From positions 6,324,001-6,388,000 of the forward strand of contig CATNEN010000025.1 in NCBI GenBank assembly GCA_950097015.1: a stretch of DNA of 64,000 nt, read 5' to 3'. The notes below the pieces were generated by a model that saw only the letters and a program-made list of their open reading frames with translations, had not been told where the DNA came from and did not search any database. Of the stretch, positions 62,331 to 64,000 are shown in pieces. The translations under genes were made by a program, and so were the position numbers. The stretch comes from Macrostomum hystrix. Lineage: Eukaryota; Animalia; Platyhelminthes. Numbering within the stretch: the first letter of the stretch is position 1; every line of letters starts with the position of its first letter.

Positions 62331-62772
62331 GTTGCTAGGAGCTCTTCTCTCCCCTTTGATCGATTCTTCAGTTTGAGCTGTGAGCACATGTCGCCAATCG
62401 ACTGCTCATTTATTATCCACCAATACAAGCTTTACATTGGTAATATTCGTATTATGGCTTGCTAGTGGCCGGAGCCGCCGTATTGCATTATTCGCCTGGT
62501 CGCTTCCCCTCAAAGACCAAGAAGAAGAAAGTGTAAGGTTGCAGGCGTATAGGACACTATAGAGCTAGCCAATAGGTTTTCGATGGCCAGTTGCTCACAC
62601 TTGGGCCGGATAATTAATGCATGAGAGGCGAGAAAGAGAGGCCTTGTGCGGCTGCTTCGTTCTCATTTTTTCTTAAACCATCTGGCTTTTTGGTCCAGCT
62701 TCTTTTAAAAAAATGCAAGAAATTTTCTTCTGCATTTATCTTTAATTTCTAGGAAATTTGTTGCTAGGCAAG
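62331..62772. promoter_or_regulatory. Candidate RFX X-box motifs upstream of DNAH7
   Basis: GTTGCTAGGCAAG at 62760 (12/13 match to GTTGCTAGGCAAC) and GTTGCTAGGAGC at 62331, plus a weaker GTTGCTGTGATAC at 61947. Confidence 0.4.
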
Positions 62773-64000
62773 ATGGATTGTACTTGATCAGGCTTTTGAA
62801 AAAATACCGCACGCATACTAAATAGCGAATTTTAAATCCCTTTAAGCTAAGCAGTTGACGACGTGTAGCGCGGCGGTTGTCATAAAATTTCAATTTTATG
62901 AAAATAGAAATTTCGCCGCATTAACAGGGCGGCCCCTTATAGTTGAAGATGATGAAGTAGCCGTCCCAGCTCTGACTAGGACGAATTGCTAACAAACCGA
63001 ACCGAAAGCAACCCTCGCAAACGAGTTCCGCTCATGGCCGGATTTGCTCGCAAGCCCAAGGAGAGGTCGGAGTTTCAAGCGGACCAAAATCTATTCTAAT
63101 CCCCTACTATTTTCCTCCCCTCCTCTCGTCTTAACTCTCTCCCCTGTCTCTTGCAGAAGTGCGGATTGCCTGAGAGAGCGAGTAACAGGGCAGAGGGAGC
63201 GAGAGGAACGTCAGGAGAAAGCACAGCTGCAGAAGTGGAATGGGGTTGGATATCGACCCGGCCATGGGGATGGTTTGAGCAGCTAGTGCTCAGCTGCAGA
63301 TGAACTCGCTCCCGCTCCTCTACTCACAATCCCCCCGCGCCTTCCTTCTTTCTTCTCACACTCTGCAGTCGCTCCGGCGATGGGGGAGAAGTGCAGAACA
63401 GCAAGAGTTGGGGAGACGTGTCTCCCTTGGATCCCAAGTACGCCCTGCTCACCTGCCTCCCAATGGCCTCTCGCCTCTCTCCATGGTCAGAGCAGCCAGC
63501 CCCTCTCTCTCCCTCTCTTCTCTCTTCTCCCCAGCCTCCTATCGCGGCCCTAACACAGTGAGGAACTTTTCCTATTCGCGTCGGAACAGCGGGACCTTCT
63601 CACTTTACCGCAGCTCCGAGTTCAAGGAAGCATTACCTTCTCTAGACTTTCAGGGAACTTTTGTTAGAGAAAATTTAAGATTTTTTTTAATCGTCTAACT
63701 TGAGAAGCTTCGTCAAATCCAGTGGTGAGAAACTGCTTTTTTAGTACTTGTTTGGATTGTACCGTTAACTGACTTATTAAACGCTTTGCTATACAATATG
63801 TAATTCTTAGTTGTATTTTATAGCTTATAGCTTTTAACTTTTATAGCTACGGTTTATAAATTCAACCGTAGCATCGTCCCATTGCTTTTCTACATTTGCA
63901 ATCGCCATCCAACACAATCGCCATCTCATCACTGATTTCTGAATCCCTTTCCGTTTTCCCTTTCCTAAATCTCGCTTCCTGAACCCCGTCCTAAAGATCC

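Noticed and set aside
63044-63698. GC-rich segment with short ORFs after a strong pyrimidine-rich acceptor at about 63156
   Set aside because: There are no recognisable motifs and the composition is low-complexity. It may be a UTR exon of a gene outside the window, but a call is not supportable.

Overview
Eukaryotic (metazoan) genomic DNA with GC-rich exons and AT-rich, minisatellite-filled introns. The overall style resembles the flatworm Macrostomum; that is an inference, not a database result. I reconstructed genes by hand from splice sites and reading-frame phase. In order they are: a DNAJC4-like J-domain exon (-), ARPC1 (-, 4 exons, 370 aa), a nest of decayed transposons, an initiator tRNA-Met gene, a CCR4/CNOT6-type deadenylase (+, 6 exons, 613 aa) that apparently lacks the LRR domain, DNAJC12 (-, 4 exons, 149 aa), SIRT1 (+, 3 exons, about 752 aa) and DNAH7 (-, 14 exons, about 4008 aa). 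Mobile DNA includes two RNase H-bearing LINE fragments, a Penelope-like element with a minimal hammerhead ribozyme, a hAT MITE carrying a minisatellite, a Tc1-like relic and two tRNA-derived SINE families. About 14 tandem arrays are present, and most long ORFs in the supplied track outside the genes are artefacts of these arrays. The strongest leads are the LRR-less CCR4, the Penelope hammerhead and its LINE junction, and the intron minisatellite arrays (a shared core, MITE carriage and fold-back scars). I found nothing that proves a wholly new system.
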